Below, one piece after another: positions 36,400-50,340 of a DNA stretch of 64,000 nucleotides. Location: positions 1,152,001-1,216,000 of the forward strand of contig CBDBZY010000064.1 of assembly GCA_965213685.1 (NCBI GenBank). Direction: 5' to 3'. This DNA is from a bacterium. Its GTDB lineage: Bacteria > UBA8248. The translations under genes were made by a program, and so were the position numbers. Under the pieces are notes generated by a model. That model saw nothing but the letters and a program-made list of their open reading frames with translations. It was not told the DNA's origin and made no database searches. Each line of letters opens with the position of its first letter. The stretch's first letter is position 1.

Positions 36400-39300
36400 T
36401 TTAACATCAGGTTAGATGAAGTTAGTGGGCATGGCAGGGGGTGTGTGTGGCACATATTAGCTATGATAAAGGGCAAGTACTTGTCTCCGCCCCCAGGTCA
36501 ACTGAGAGCATGCACACTCCTTCTACATGCCTCAGAGAGATTGCTCTGACAGAGCAAGTTACAAGCCAGCATATCCCTAGCCATTGACTTTACCGCTCGC
36601 CAAGAGCCGAAGATGGGCGATGACAAAGTCGCGACTGTGCCAAGTCCCCTCACAGAGGACAGCATCTGTCAGCTTATCCAGGAAGAATTTTGAGTGGCTC
36701 TTCGTCCATCTGCTGACATGACGCATAGTGGTAAGTCGCTTTTTCGTCTCTCAGGCCGCGTTTTTCCCCTTTGCGGTACTCTGTGAGCTTCAGTCTTGGC
36801 GCCCTTTTGCCCGTGGGCAGCAGCATCAGCACCTGCCGCGCTTTAGCCACAGCACTCCTGCAGCTGCCTTGGGCTTCCCGTGCGCAGTTCCACAATCTCC
36901 TACCACTCAGTGCACTCCTGTGGTGATCCCGCATGCAGTTCTCTTGCTCTCCCCCTGTTCTGACCTTTCCTCTCTTCTTTCCTTTCTCTCCTTTCCTCCC
37001 TCCCTCCACCCAGGTGACCCAGCGGCTGCCATCTCCTCCTCCCGCCTTCTTCAGAGGCTCCTGCTACCCTAGACACACAGCACTACATACATGTACTCCT
37101 GGTCCCTCTGGGCACCATCTCCATTCAGTGATAGTGCCCCTGCTTCATTCAAGCAGTCAAAATGCCTCCTCTGTTCTGCCTTGCCAGCAACTTCTCGTCT
37201 ATCCCACCTAAGCTGGTCAGAAAAATCCAGAACGTAGAATTACTTCCTGACAATATTGCGCTGTCTGAGGTTATGTAGAAGCTGTACCTGTCCACTCAAC
37301 ACACACCTCAATCCCTGAGCATAGGGAGGTGTCAAAGATTGTCACCTGGGTCTCATGCTTTGCCACCTATGTGGCCATAGTATCCCAGAGCACACGAAGG
37401 ACATGATGGCCTACCTGCGCCTGATGGTCCGAGAGGGGTATAGGCATGGTGGCTCGGGCCGGCTCAAGTATGATTCAATAAATAATTCGGGTCCTTCTGC
37501 TTCATGGGACATCCTGGACCCTTCCCTTCTCACCATTGTTGTCAACCAGGGACTTAACCCTCGGCTCCCCTGCTACTACTGCCAGAAGTGTGACCATGCT
37601 GCTTATGAATGTGCCTTACCCCTCTGGAACAACCCACAAAAGTGCAAGGTGCTCAGCTCCGGCCTGCCACTTACTCCCGGAAAGGCAAGCACCCAGCCCC
37701 CTCTTCTGCTCATGTATCAAACTATTGCCCAGACACACAGATCCCTCAGGCCCCTGTGCGCAGGATTTGCATCTCATGGAACCGTGGGCAGTGTACACTC
37801 CCAGGCACATGTAGCTATGCTCATGTCTGCCTCACATGCAACAGCAGAAGCCATAGGGCTTGTGACTGTGCTATGACCCCACCTGACTCAGTCTACAAGA
37901 AGCGCCCCACTCAACACCTGCCCAGAGGTGATGGTGCTACTGCAGCAGCCAATCAGATGGTGCACCAACAAGGTTTCAGACACTCTCTGCACTACCTGGA
38001 CAATTTTCTGTTCCTGGGTGCACCAGCCTCCCCTCATTGTGAAGATGCTTTCACTTCACCCTCAAAATGTCTAGAGAGGGTGTTCAGGTGTGCAACGAGA
38101 AAACGGAAGGGCCATCCACCTCAATTACCTTCCTGGGGATAGAAATTGACTCGGTCCACCAACAGCTACAGCTCCCTCAAGCTAAACTGCGGGACCTACA
38201 TGAACATCTCAATCACTGGATGCTGTGCCATCACACCTCAAGAAGCAGGTGACCTCATCATACAGGAACTAAGCACAACCTTCTCTCCCTCATTGGAGTC
38301 CTCAATCATGCAGCTGGATACAGCAAGAGACCCTCAACTCATGAGTCTACTGCGCTCACTGTTCTTTCTACAGTGCCCTACAGGAAGAGACCAAAAAACA
38401 CTTTTTCAACATTTATTTTGTGGTGGTACATGGTAGTGGGACAAGCTTTATATCCTCCAACATTGGGGAATAATTGGATACATTATCATCTTGTCATGTG
38501 ACTTTCACGTGGAGAAATGGCGGTGACATCAACACCATTCGGGTGAACGATTTAGGCATGGGATTTTTCTAAACATAGGAGTTAAGGTCTGAAAATGCGG
38601 CACAGTACTTCTACTCATAAGTAGTATATGTGAACCCACATTCATCAAGCAGGCCCCAGCCACTTCTGCATGGGCGACCGGAAATGGTGGCTTCGGAGGA
38701 CCTCTGGTGTTGGCACGGGAAATGGTCAATACTAGTAGTTAAGCCTCAAAACTTTATGTATGTGTTCTAAAGTCCTTATACTTTCATCGCATACTAACCT
38801 TCATTTGCACTCTTGAAGTGTATTCCTATGAGCGCACATTATTTGCAAAAGGTGATGCCAATGACATCTCATGTTGCGCGTGGTGCTCTTGGGGCTTCAC
38901 AGGCTAGCCTGCATGTATCATCTGAAACGTGGATGATGGTGGAGTGCAAGTCTGTTGTTTCACTTCTTTTGTCGCACAGGTTAGAGGCATCATGTTTTAC
39001 GATCTGCAAGTGCACAGGGCTAGGCTAGCAGAGGGGGTTGTGCTCATTAGAAGGCCAGACAACCCATATGACAACAACTACCTGGATGTGAGAGTAGCCT
39101 ACCATTCCTGCTGGGTCGTCTAGTGGCGGAGGTAGCTGTGCGCCTCTCTCGTTTGCTGTGTGATGCTTTAGAATACATACATAAATTTTTGAGGCTTAAT
39201 TACTAGTATTGACCATTTCCCATGCCTAATGCCAGAGGTCCTCTGAAACCACCATTTTCGGTCGCCATGCAGAAGTGGCTGGGGTCTGCTTGATGAAAGT

Positions 39301-40870
39301 GGGTTCACATATACTACTTATAAATAAGTAGAAGTACTGTGCTGCATTTTCAGACCTTAACTCCTATGTTTAGAAAAATCCCATGCCTAAATCGTTCACC
39401 CAAATTGTGTTGATGTCACCACCATTTTCTCCACGTGAAAGTCACATGACAAGATCATAATGTATTCAATTATTCCCCAATGTTGGAGGATTAGTTTGAT
39501 ATAGAGCTTGTCCAACTACCATGTACCATCACAGAATAAATGCACAGAATGTTGAAAAAGGTGGTTTTCGGTATCTTCCTGTGGAGCACTGTAGGAGCAG
39601 CGAACAATTTCACCTTCACAGCGCGTCACATTGCAGGCATCCTCAATGACTCAGCAGATGCACTGCCGGACAATAACCACACTCTCTTTCTCTCTCTCCC
39701 TCAACCTTCAGGCACTACCCCACCCAGACCCACTTCCCAAGGAGGTACTAGAGCTGGCTCTCAACTGCAACCTGCTTTGGACATCTCCAAGCTGGATCAA
39801 GCTGTTCAAGGCTATCTTAAGGCCTGCATTGCCCCAATGACCAAGTCAGCCTACTGGTCCACACAACAACGCTACACAGATTTCTGCATCAGGGTGGCTA
39901 TAAGAGCTTCCTTTCCCTTACAAGAGGAGATTCTTTGTAAATATGTTTCCTACCTTAGCTTGCAACCTCTAGAGCACTGCACAATAAAGTTGTATCTCTC
40001 AGTGTGGCGAATTGGCCAAAGTCAACAAGGCTTGGGAAACCCTTTTCAAGCACAGGATATGCCCCTTCTTCAGTATGTGCTAGCAGGAATTAAACACTCT
40101 CAGACTCACTCTCACCCTCCTAAATAGACATGAAGTCAATCACGACTCTCTGAGGTGGGCAAGAATGGCAGGAGCTATCGGTAGTCTGCATTTCGAATGA
40201 AGGATGTATGCTATGGGCAGCAGCATGTCTAGGGTTCTTGGGGTTCCTTAGGGCTGGGGAATTCGCTGTGCCTTCTGTGCAGGCATATGACAAAGAGGTG
40301 CACTTGAATCTCCATTACTTAGCAGTTGACAGCCATACCAGCCCCTGCCTTATCAGGGTGAGATTGAACCAGAGCAAGACAGACCCCTTCCGCAAAGGAG
40401 CTGACATATACCTGGGAGCAACAGACTCATTACTTTGTCCAGTGCAAGCCTCACAATCGTATCTGGAACTTCGAGGCTGTTCTCCTGGCCCCCTGTTTGT
40501 GAGTGACTCCAACATTCCTCTAACTACATGTAGGTCAGCCCTTGTACAGCATCTGCACAGAGCACTGCAAGGCTCACCCTGAGAAGCGTATCCTACAATG
40601 GTCACAGTTTCCGGATTGGCGCTGCCACCACGGCAGCTAAGGCGGGTATAGAGGACTCTGTGATCCAAACCCTAGGACACCAGAAGAGCAGTGCATACCT
40701 GGCCTATATTAAGGATTCTTCCGCTGCAACTAGCAGCAATTGCCTCACACCTTGCTGCTTCTGTCCAGTCAGAGGGACCCCACACCCCCTCACTGTTTTT
40801 GTGTGCTAGTTCAGTCAATTCCACCATCACTTTGTAACGACCGTCTCCTACAGGTCTCACCAGATGTAGC
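36400..40870 (+). mobile_element. DIRS/Ngaro-type retroelement copy 3 (gag, mostly deleted RT, RNase H, YR)
   Basis: DMMAYLRLMVRE; CYYCQKCDHAAYEC; ICISWNRGQCTLPGTCSYAHVC; LHYLDNFL; TEGPSTSITFLGIEIDS; HIAGILNDSADAL; MLWAAACLGFLGFLRAGEF; SKTDPF; YNGHSFRIGAATT. Outer boundaries are approximate. Confidence 0.88.
38371..39591. mobile_element. TA-flanked foldback element (~400-bp TIRs) with a HIRAN-like fragment in the loop, nested in DIRS RNase H
   Basis: ta|CAGTGCCCTACAGGAAGA ... TCTTCCTGTGGAGCACTG|ta; arms ~38371-38772 and ~39166-39591. Removing it restores LLRSLFFL-GAANNFTFTARHIAG. Confidence 0.88.
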
Positions 40871-40899
40871 CATTGGTGTTATAATTATATATATGTACA

Positions 40900-41524
<625 letters not shown>

Positions 41525-42255
41525 TGAAGGTCACCTATATAATGGTACGTGTAGTATATTTTCCCCTGCATGGGCCAAGCTGGTTCCCAGCTTTTGGGCC
41601 TAGAGGTCAGCCTGTCAGCCGGATGGCCCATGCAGCATAGAGCAAGGTTATTGTGGAGGGTCAAAGGTCAGCAACTGTGAGCGCATGCACAGCCAAATTG
41701 CAACTGTACATAAGAGTCTTTCCCATAATCAATTAGGCCTCCTTAGGGGCCCATGCTGTTGGATGACATCAACAACTGCGAGCTCTCGAGCCTAGCCACA
41801 AGTCTGACCTGCCCCGACCCTGCGCAGCCGAACCCTCACACAATAAATACCTGCTTCACAAGAAGCGAGGTAGATGTTGACACCAAAGTATGGTGTACAA
41901 GTTCATTCAAGGTAAGCCACGTCCATTAACCATTCACCACAATGGAGCTCCACTCCACTGCCTTCATAACAAGGGGAAAGCTACACATGTACGTAGGTGG
42001 AACATGTGAAGTTATTCATGGAGTGTACATGCTTGGAAGCCATTGTCCAAGTGGCTCCAAAATGTAAATGTGAAACTACAAAATGTATATACATTATGTG
42101 GTGTTCATACATTTGGTCAGGGTGTGTGAAACCCCCTTTCCGAAGGGCTGTAGCTTGGAACGGAGCATGTGCATACATATGTATGTGTGTACATTTATGT
42201 AATGTACATACAAGCAGTGTTACATACATGTACATACCTATGTGCACTTCCACAG

Positions 42256-42446
42256 GCATAAAGGTGGAGATGCCGAGCGCATTATATGTGAATTCACCCT
42301 TCATTAGTGATGCCAGTGATGTGTCAAATCTGAGTACTATTCATCAAGCATCTAAATCAGTGTCCCCATGCTCAGTCAGTGAAGATCAACTCATTTCTAC
42401 AGAGGGTCCAGCCTTGACATTGGATATGATGCAGGAGAAAGTAAAG
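42256..42446 (+). CDS. Host gene exon F (contains LYVN motif)
   Basis: ttccacag| phase 1 completes the Gly codon from exon E; (G)IKVEMPSALYVNSPF...LDMMQEKVK. The donor is at 42447 (gtttgt) or alternatively 42441 (gtaaag), both phase 0. Confidence 0.72.
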
Positions 42447-43139
42447 GTTTGTAATTGCAAGTTATGCAGGAACTCTGTTTTAAACTTAAATTTGGTTTAA
42501 AATGCAAAGTTAGGAGGGCACTGAGGAAGCAATATTAATAGCTATGAGAACTGTATGTATGCGTGGATTTACAGTATACAGCAATTAGTGTGAGAGTGTA
42601 CTGAGTGTCCAGTACATGTATGTCTAACTGTCCATCTGAAATCTCTGCCCATACAAGACAGGGTGCATGGTCTATAGTTGCTATTGTAGCATGTTGAGTC
42701 ACGCACAAGTGTGTACATACGCATGTACATGCACATATGTTACAGCCAACCTGCTTGCAGCCAGCTGCTGGCTTCAAATCAGGTTAATTGACACCCTTTG
42801 TATGGTATATTGTACTAACCAGTTTGCCAGGTGTTGGCTGACTGACTTGTGAAGCCAATTTATTTCCTGGTGTACCAGAAGTGTTCTCTGAGGGTTTAAA
42901 ATTTAAATATTTTCTGGGGGAGCATGCCCACAGACCCTCCTAGATGGCACACTAGTGTGTAATACCCCTGCCCTTGCAAAATTTCTAAGTTCTCTTTTGT
43001 CCCCCCTTGAAGAAGTTCCTGCACAAAACACTGACTGGTGAGGCCAGTTAGCTTCTCCCCATTTTCTAGCCTCTGTGCATAAAGACACTGCTATTGTTTA
43101 GTTGTGCTAATTTATAGCTGTCTGGCACAGCAAGTGATA

Positions 43140-43585
43140 CCATATGGCGCCAAAGTTTCAAGGAGCATAATTTTCATGGTTTCGCTGATTAGCTTCAAAC
43201 CACGAAAACTATGCTCCACAAAATAACACTAAGTTCTCGAAGACGCGTACGTTGCTGCAAATTCAGCTATATAGTTGGTGATTGATCAGTGGTACTCTAT
43301 TGCTACTGCAACAATCTGACGATAAGCTGCGTAATCCTTGAGGTCCCTGACAGCCAATCTGAGAGCCAGTGAAAAAGGGTTTGTATGCTAAGGTCACCAG
43401 AGAAGCCAGCAGTAAAATGTGATGTTGCTGCAACCAACCATCTGTTACTATGAAAAACACTTGCGGCTATCCAGAAGTAGGCATGGCTAACTTGAATCCT
43501 TGTGATCCATGAAAATTGTTTCCATGAAACTTCCAAAAATGATATTCCACGAAAATTGTGCTCCTTGAAAATTTGGCACCATACG
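43140..43585. mobile_element. Tc1/mariner-type MITE
   Basis: ta|CCATATGGCGCCAAAGTTTCAAGGAGCATAATTTTC ... GAAAATTGTGCTCCTTGAAAATTTGGCACCATACG|ta. Confidence 0.65.
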
Positions 43586-44309
43586 TATGGTACGTACATG
43601 CATTTCACATCTCATGAATATAGTGATTGAATCACCAGACAAGCTTAAAGATAGTGACCTTGAAGAAATTTGGGGGGGGGGGAGGCTCCAGTAAGAAGGG
43701 GCTAATACCCCCCACACATAAAATTCTGCCAGTCCTATCCTCATTCCCTGGCACACTACAATGTATGTACATATGAGTGACCAAGGGATACCTTTTGGTA
43801 GAAATGAATGGAGTATATAGTAAGCTGTGCTGGAAGCCAGTCTGTTGTGCACTGTTCAACCAGTCAATGCAGCCAATGTCTGATCTTTTTGAGTGGTTAG
43901 TGTGTATGCAGCATACAGTTTGTACAATGAAGGTGTGTCAGATGTGTACCTACATACATACATGTAATTACATGTATGTACAATGTACGTTCATATTCAC
44001 ATGCATGTAGGGCCACATGCAGTGCACCAGAAGAGAAGATACACCCGCAGAAGCCCATAGTATGATTACGTACTGTACCATGATGCATTCTAATAGTCAT
44101 TTATGACCTCAGCTATGACAAGAACACCAAGGTTGCCATGGTAGCCTGTGCATCTCGGCCAGTTACATATGTCTAGGGGCAGCAACAGCTTTGACAGGAC
44201 AGCTGTAGAACAATAGGGTTGCCATGGCAGCCATATACCCTGGCTACCTAGGGTATAATAGGGTTTAATGGTTATTAAACCGTTAACTGGAGGGGAGACA
44301 GCAATAGAA

Positions 44310-46010
44310 AGTGAGGTGCATGGGTCAAGCTAAGCGCATGCGCACTGGGGCTGACTGTGTGGACAGCAGTGGCAGCACCAACCAGCAGTGTTTGCGTTTG
44401 CATTCTAAGCAGTTACCCCCTCGAGGGTGCATCAATGGGGGACGAGCAAAGTGGTCAGACGGAAGAGAGCAGGGCTGGACGGCCTGCGGTGTCGGAAACA
44501 GCAACATTCTCTGCAAGCCAGAAGCAGGTCTGAGAGGTGCTAGGCGAGGCCCCTCCTCGTCCTTCAAACTGGATGGTCACTTCCTGGCCGAGGATATCAG
44601 ATCCCCAGCCCCTAGGCAACAGGGAGTGGGCCACCGATGGGGGACTTGACCAATGCAAATGTCACTTAGAGTAGTTATCACCCGTCACCTGTTACTCTCA
44701 GTTCACATATAACAGTATAGTAGTAAATTGATAAATCAGCACATCTAGTCAAAACAGCATGTTATTCTCAACCAATTAACCCTACAATAGTCAAGCATAA
44801 TGGAGGAGGGGGTGACCAATGCAGTAGGGTGGGGCTGTCGTGGTAACAACCCTTTAGCATTCTACACTCTCCCCTCACAGGGCCTCAAACGTCTGGTTAC
44901 CCATATGGCCAGCACCTCCTAGAATTTGAGAGGAGAACAGGAGCAACTGGCGGGGTCACCGCCCCATGGCTGCAATGCGTGCTAAGATGGAGCACATAGC
45001 ACAAGAAGCTGGAAGGTCATCCAGACCCTGTCTTGATAAAATATGTCACAAATGGCATTCAGCAGGGCTTCAGCATTGGCTTCAACAGATCGGTTGACCG
45101 CAGCCTGGTCACATCCAACATGAAGTCTGCCCTGGACAATGCAGCTGTTATACAACAGTACTTGGAGGAGGAGAGGCTGCTGGGCCATATTATCAGTCCG
45201 ATGTCTCCAGAGTTGGTACATACCTACTGGGACACAGTTGAGCCCTATTGGGGTAATCCCCAAATCGAGTCAGCCAGGTAAAGGGAGGCTCATTGTGGAT
45301 CTTTCAAGCCCACAAGGTCAAAGCATTAATGATGGAATTGAGCCAGAGCTCTGCTCGTTGGAATACCTTCGACTGGACAAGGTGACTAATCATATTGCAG
45401 GGAATGGCAGAGGGTCCCTGCTAGCAAAGTGGAAATTGCTAGTGCCTACCAAATGGAAAATGTGCAGGACCAACCACATCCTTGGTATTCTTGGGATTTG
45501 AACTGGACACAGACGCCCTAGTAGTCAGGCTACCTCAACCATAACTTCGGCGGACACAGAGGCTGGTGCAGGAGTGGTTGTCCAGAAGAGCATGCAAAGA
45601 GCACAACCTAGAGTGCCTACTTGGCCACCTCCAGCATGCTCCAATGGTCATGTGCCCAGGTCGGACATTCATATGCAGACTAATTACTTTCTTCCAGAAC
45701 AGAGACCACTAGATTAAGCTGAGTTGTGTGATTCGCTCGGACCTCCTGTGGTAGAGCTGCTTCATGGAGGACTGGAACAGCATCTCCCTTATGCCCAGAG
45801 CAAGCCCTCACCAAGTGCTGCTGGTTTCAGACGCATCAGGCTCATGGGGCTGTGGAGCATTCTGGGGAACCCACTGGTTTCAGTGGAAGTGGGAAGACAG
45901 AGCTGCAGACTGGTCGATTGCACCAACTTGCCAACCCTTTTTAGTGTAGCAGTGTGGGGCAGCCAGTGCGCTGGCTCTAGGATGGAGTGCCACTGCAATC
46001 TCCAACTGAT
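44310..46010 (+). mobile_element. DIRS/Ngaro-type fragments (end of gag, RT, RNase H)
   Basis: YVTNGIQQGFSIGF; LSPIGVIPKSSQPGKGRLIVDLSSP; LVSDASGSWGCGAFWG..WFQWKW; MECHCN. Confidence 0.85.
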
Positions 46011-46019
46011 GGCAGGAAG

Positions 46020-47740
46020 ATTTGTAGGGGTAGTGTGGCCACATCAGCAATGGGAGCATCGTTTGGGAGATCCCTTCCTGTGATACGGTCTCAAGCAGCA
46101 TACGCATGAAACCAATAGTGACCTTCCTTACCATGGACTGGTGGGAAGTGTGCTGGAGTACATGTAGGTCACCATTGTCTCCAATGATCTGGTACGAGGG
46201 ACAGTCACCTTTAAGAGTATTGAATAAAAGAGCAACAGTAAAGACTCTGCATACACACAGAAACACTGATATCCTTTTGGTATGGTTAGCACATCACCCA
46301 ATACCAAGTAATAGTTGGGTATATGTATGTTCATGCAGTGTGGAATGTGCTGATAAGTATCTTTTAGGCAATCAATCCAACCTGAGTTTATCAACTGACA
46401 GCATCCTTCCATTTCAGCACTTTTTTGTCAAAGTCAGTTGCAAATTGGTCCACCTTATTCAGAGTTGCATCTGGTGACACAGCCATCTATAGATTATTTA
46501 GGCGAATGTGGATGAAAGAATACATTTCAGTCATACAGTAGAACAAAACCACAACATTTCACAACATGCCAACTTGCTAGCATTTCCATGGAAGAGGACA
46601 AGCCCAGAGATGTGATGTGCACTCGTGCACATTCCGTTGCCTTAGCAAAACTGCATCCACTCTACAGATACCAGCAAGGGTACTACGTACCCGACTCTGA
46701 TAGATCAACATTGGCAGCAGTGGCCAAGAATTGTAATAACAGTGGAGCAATAAAAGCCAACTCATTAGTGAGCTGGCTAAATGAGAATGAAACTAACCCT
46801 TGAGGCTGGAGTCCACGTAATACAGAAGACACTGTTTCTTTCTGGCAAAGAGCCAAACAGCCAAACACTGTCGGTGGAGATCCTGCAATATGTGTTTCAC
46901 AGCAACATCTTGCATACATCCTGGATACAGGATTGCCTCTATTACTGCCTCCACATCCCCTTTTGCAATGGCTTCTTCAAGTACCTAAGTGTTGGCAAAA
47001 GTGGGCTAGGTTTGACTGCTAGTGAAAAGCACTGAAGTACAGAACCCCTCAGCGCAATATGGCGAAATTCATACACATGCGCCAGCCTAGCTGAATAACA
47101 TGACAGCTGCTTGTGACAGGGGGGCAAGGTCCTCATGACCTCGTGGATGCCAAAGGGATTTTCGAAGGTAAAACATGGGCACAAGCGGAATTGGGAAATA
47201 GTGCACAATGAGGAGCTGGTGTAGTTAACTTCTCCTGCGCAACTTCAACTGGTAATTTGTGATGACACACTGGAGCTGGCGACTTTGAGTGCTCTTTTGT
47301 GTTTCTAGCCTCAGAGAGGGGTCTCTTGGCTAGAGGAGAAATTCCACTTATTCCCAATGGGGAAGATCAAGGTAGTTTCTCCGGTCAGCTGGGAAGCCTA
47401 GGCGGAGTCAGGCTCAACATGGCCTTGGCTGGTGATGGCTGCATGTTGCACGGGAACACTGGAGCAGGAATGAGTTTCTGGATAAGCTGTCTCCAGGACT
47501 TTTCATAGCGCTGCTTCTGTTTTGCAGCTGTCAATATACTCCCTTGACAGGACCAACACACAGAATCTGAACAAAGTCATAAATCGGCTCCAGCAACTGC
47601 TCATAGTTGGTGAAACAAGTCCATCGGCCAGCACCTTCTCTCAATCGATATGTATCCTTGAATAGATTACTAACCTTACAGACAGCACTAACAGGCACAG
47701 CAGCCATTACTGTTCAATTCACTGTACATTCTGCGGTTTG
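46020..47740 (-). mobile_element. Decayed Academ-type transposase N-terminal region (DUF6589-associated)
   Basis: YQIIGDNGDL...HQSM...HYWFHAYAA.DRITG across shifted frames, resembling the GDN.D...H..H.ya..DR motif preceding DUF6589; heavily disrupted. Confidence 0.55.
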
Positions 47741-49476
47741 TTTACACACCGGTACTGTATCTATGTGGATGATAGAGCATGCATGCTCTATTATCAATGC
47801 TTGAACAAACCAGACTAGCTCAGGCCTAGACACTAATGCTTGTAAGGCCACACTTAATAATGACTTCTTCCTAATAGCCACATTGAGTTGTGAATTCACA
47901 ACCACTATGATAGGGACAACATTTCTACAAAGGACTGCCCTTACTGGGGTCATTACTCAAAGATTTCTTAAGCACATAATAATGAAATGAGTATTTACAA
48001 AGACTTGTGTGTTCATTGAGTGTGCACAAGTGTAGGGAGGGTAATGCATATGACTATGTTAATTACACACTTAATGAACTATGCATCAAGCCACCAAACC
48101 TTAACCCTACATCCTTTCTACAGCTGTTTTGTAACATAGCAGTGAATTTTTGAAAGTGGCTTGTATTCAAGTACACTGCAGTAAAAGAGATGGAAATGGA
48201 GTTAGTGCCCCTTGTGTATGTGCATGCATACATACATACATACATACATACATGTACATTCTCACTCATGCTTACCCTCCAATGTTCAACATTTCAATCA
48301 TTATGTTCAATGCCATCATTTTTGCCTTGCTTACACAGTGCCATGCATACGTATGTACTGTCCTGTGTGTCTTGCTGTGCAGATAGATTCAATGTAGGTA
48401 GACAGACAGACTAATAGACAGACACACAGACAGACAGACAGGCAGGCAGACTGACAATACAAATAAAAATACCAATAAAACATACAAAAGATTGAAAGAA
48501 CTAGCCATTAATTATATATGAACACAAAATGAGCGATACAATATGCTACATATTTTTTGACAAAACAGATATGTTGTGTAAGAGGGGATGGTAGGAAGTA
48601 TCGGCAAGGTGTTTGTATTGCAGAGACAAATATAACGGTCAGTCAACGGACAAAATCTAGACGTACGTATCATGTGACTGAGCATTTTGTACCGCAGTCT
48701 GACAAATTACTGGTCGAAAGTACACGGCTATCAGCGCTTGGTTATCGCAGCAGATGCTGTTTTCAGCTGTCAGACCATGTCAGACCATTCTTTGGAGTGG
48801 TCTGACACATTACCAGACCATTTCCAAAAATGTTATTTGTCTCTGTGTTGCTATTTTGTGTATTTGAAAGAGTTTTTTTATTTGTCCATGTACACTGTGA
48901 GAAGGTAACACTCACTTTCATGGCTTAAGTCTGTTATCAGCTCACAATCTCTGCAATCGTTGGACCATATATATTTCACGAACAGTGTGTCTTGCATACG
49001 AAGTACTTTCATGCCGACCTAGGCCTTTCATTACACAATACAATCATAGAAGAATATACAGTAGAATATTACTACTGCAATAGAAGACTGATGCCACAAT
49101 TTACATACTTGTTATACATGTGCTACACCTAGTGGCTATATAGAGCCCACTCACTTGTTCAGGCTGGAATGTGAAGTACAGCATTTCTCCAGCTTATATA
49201 TATGTACGTACCTCTGATGAAAATTGGTATACAATATCTTGTAACCTTACACATCCATGTCTCACAAGTCCATGTCTTTACCCTGGCACTTGAGAGTACC
49301 TTTTGTCTTTTTTTATATTCACCTTCCAACTTCTCAGCCAAGCAGCCCATTTCTGTAGTGTTTGCAAACTCATGAGTCACTAGAGGGCCATGACTAGACA
49401 AGGAGATCATAGTATATGAATTGTCTATATTTTCTTCCATAAGTGACATGCCTGTGTATATTGACTTCCCAACTAG

Positions 49477-49630
49477 GGATTACATGAAAAATTTACCAAG
49501 CTGGATAATGATACTAACTCAATCAGAGCAGAAGTAAAGCAAGTGGAAATTGGCCTGATAAGAACACAAGGTGACGTTGCAGAAGCTAGAGTGGAAATTG
49601 CTGGAATGAAGCCAGATATCCAACATATCG
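49477..49630 (+). CDS. Host gene exon G (coiled coil)
   Basis: ttcccaactag| ... |gttggt; phase 0/1; open; GLHEKFTKLDNDTNSIRAEVKQVEIGLIRTQGDVAEARVEIAGMKPDIQHI with heptad periodicity continuing LDMMQEKVK. Confidence 0.65.
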
Positions 49631-49821
49631 GTTGGTCTACACATTGTTCATGTATGTACGTACATACATACCTGTGTACATACACATGTTAGGTGCACAA
49701 GCTAAGAATGAAAGTGAACCTCACTCTGGAATTGAAGATGTAGCCCCTGACTGAAGCTTTTTTCTAGCCTGTGTACCTAACAAATGTCTATGTGCATAAT
49801 TCTCTGGCAAGTATGTACATA

Positions 49822-50340
49822 CAGTAGGCGTCATTAAAAAGTTTCCGTACTGTTTGTGTTTCGTTTGCATTTCATTTTGCGTGCTATTTGCATAGGGCTT
49901 GCATTGGGCTACCGTACGGTTTGTGTGGGGTTTACATTGGGTTTGCATGGGGCTTCCGTTCCATGTACAATCCATTTACCGTTTGTCTAATTATACGTTA
50001 TCATAATTCCGGTACTCTACAAGTGCGAGTGCAAGTGCAAGGTACGTACTCTCCCAGGTGCAGTCAACGGTTTTCGACTATTGCACTAACGAGCAATGTT
50101 CTTCTGTTACTCCGACAGTCGACAGTCCTTCGAGGTTCAGCAGTTTCATGCGCACGCACGCGTTGCTCCTCTGTTTTTTAAATTTCGGATACCATTTAGG
50201 TACCATTCATTAGCTTGCGTTCTCCGTTCATTCACTGTCCATTCTCCGTCAATAGCGTCTGTTCTTCGTCTGTTTTGCATCAGTTTACCTATCGAAAACG
50301 AAACGCAAACAGTACGGAAACTTTTTAATGATGCCTACTG
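49822..50340. mobile_element. Tc1/mariner-type MITE (CAGT ends)
   Basis: ta|CAGTAGGCGTCATTAAAAAGTTTCCGTACTGTTTG ... CAAACAGTACGGAAACTTTTTAATGATGCCTACTG|ca. Confidence 0.8.

Noticed and set aside
48600-48900. Possible MITE with TCAGACCA/TGGTCTGA motifs
   Set aside because: Paired termini and a TSD could not be defined.
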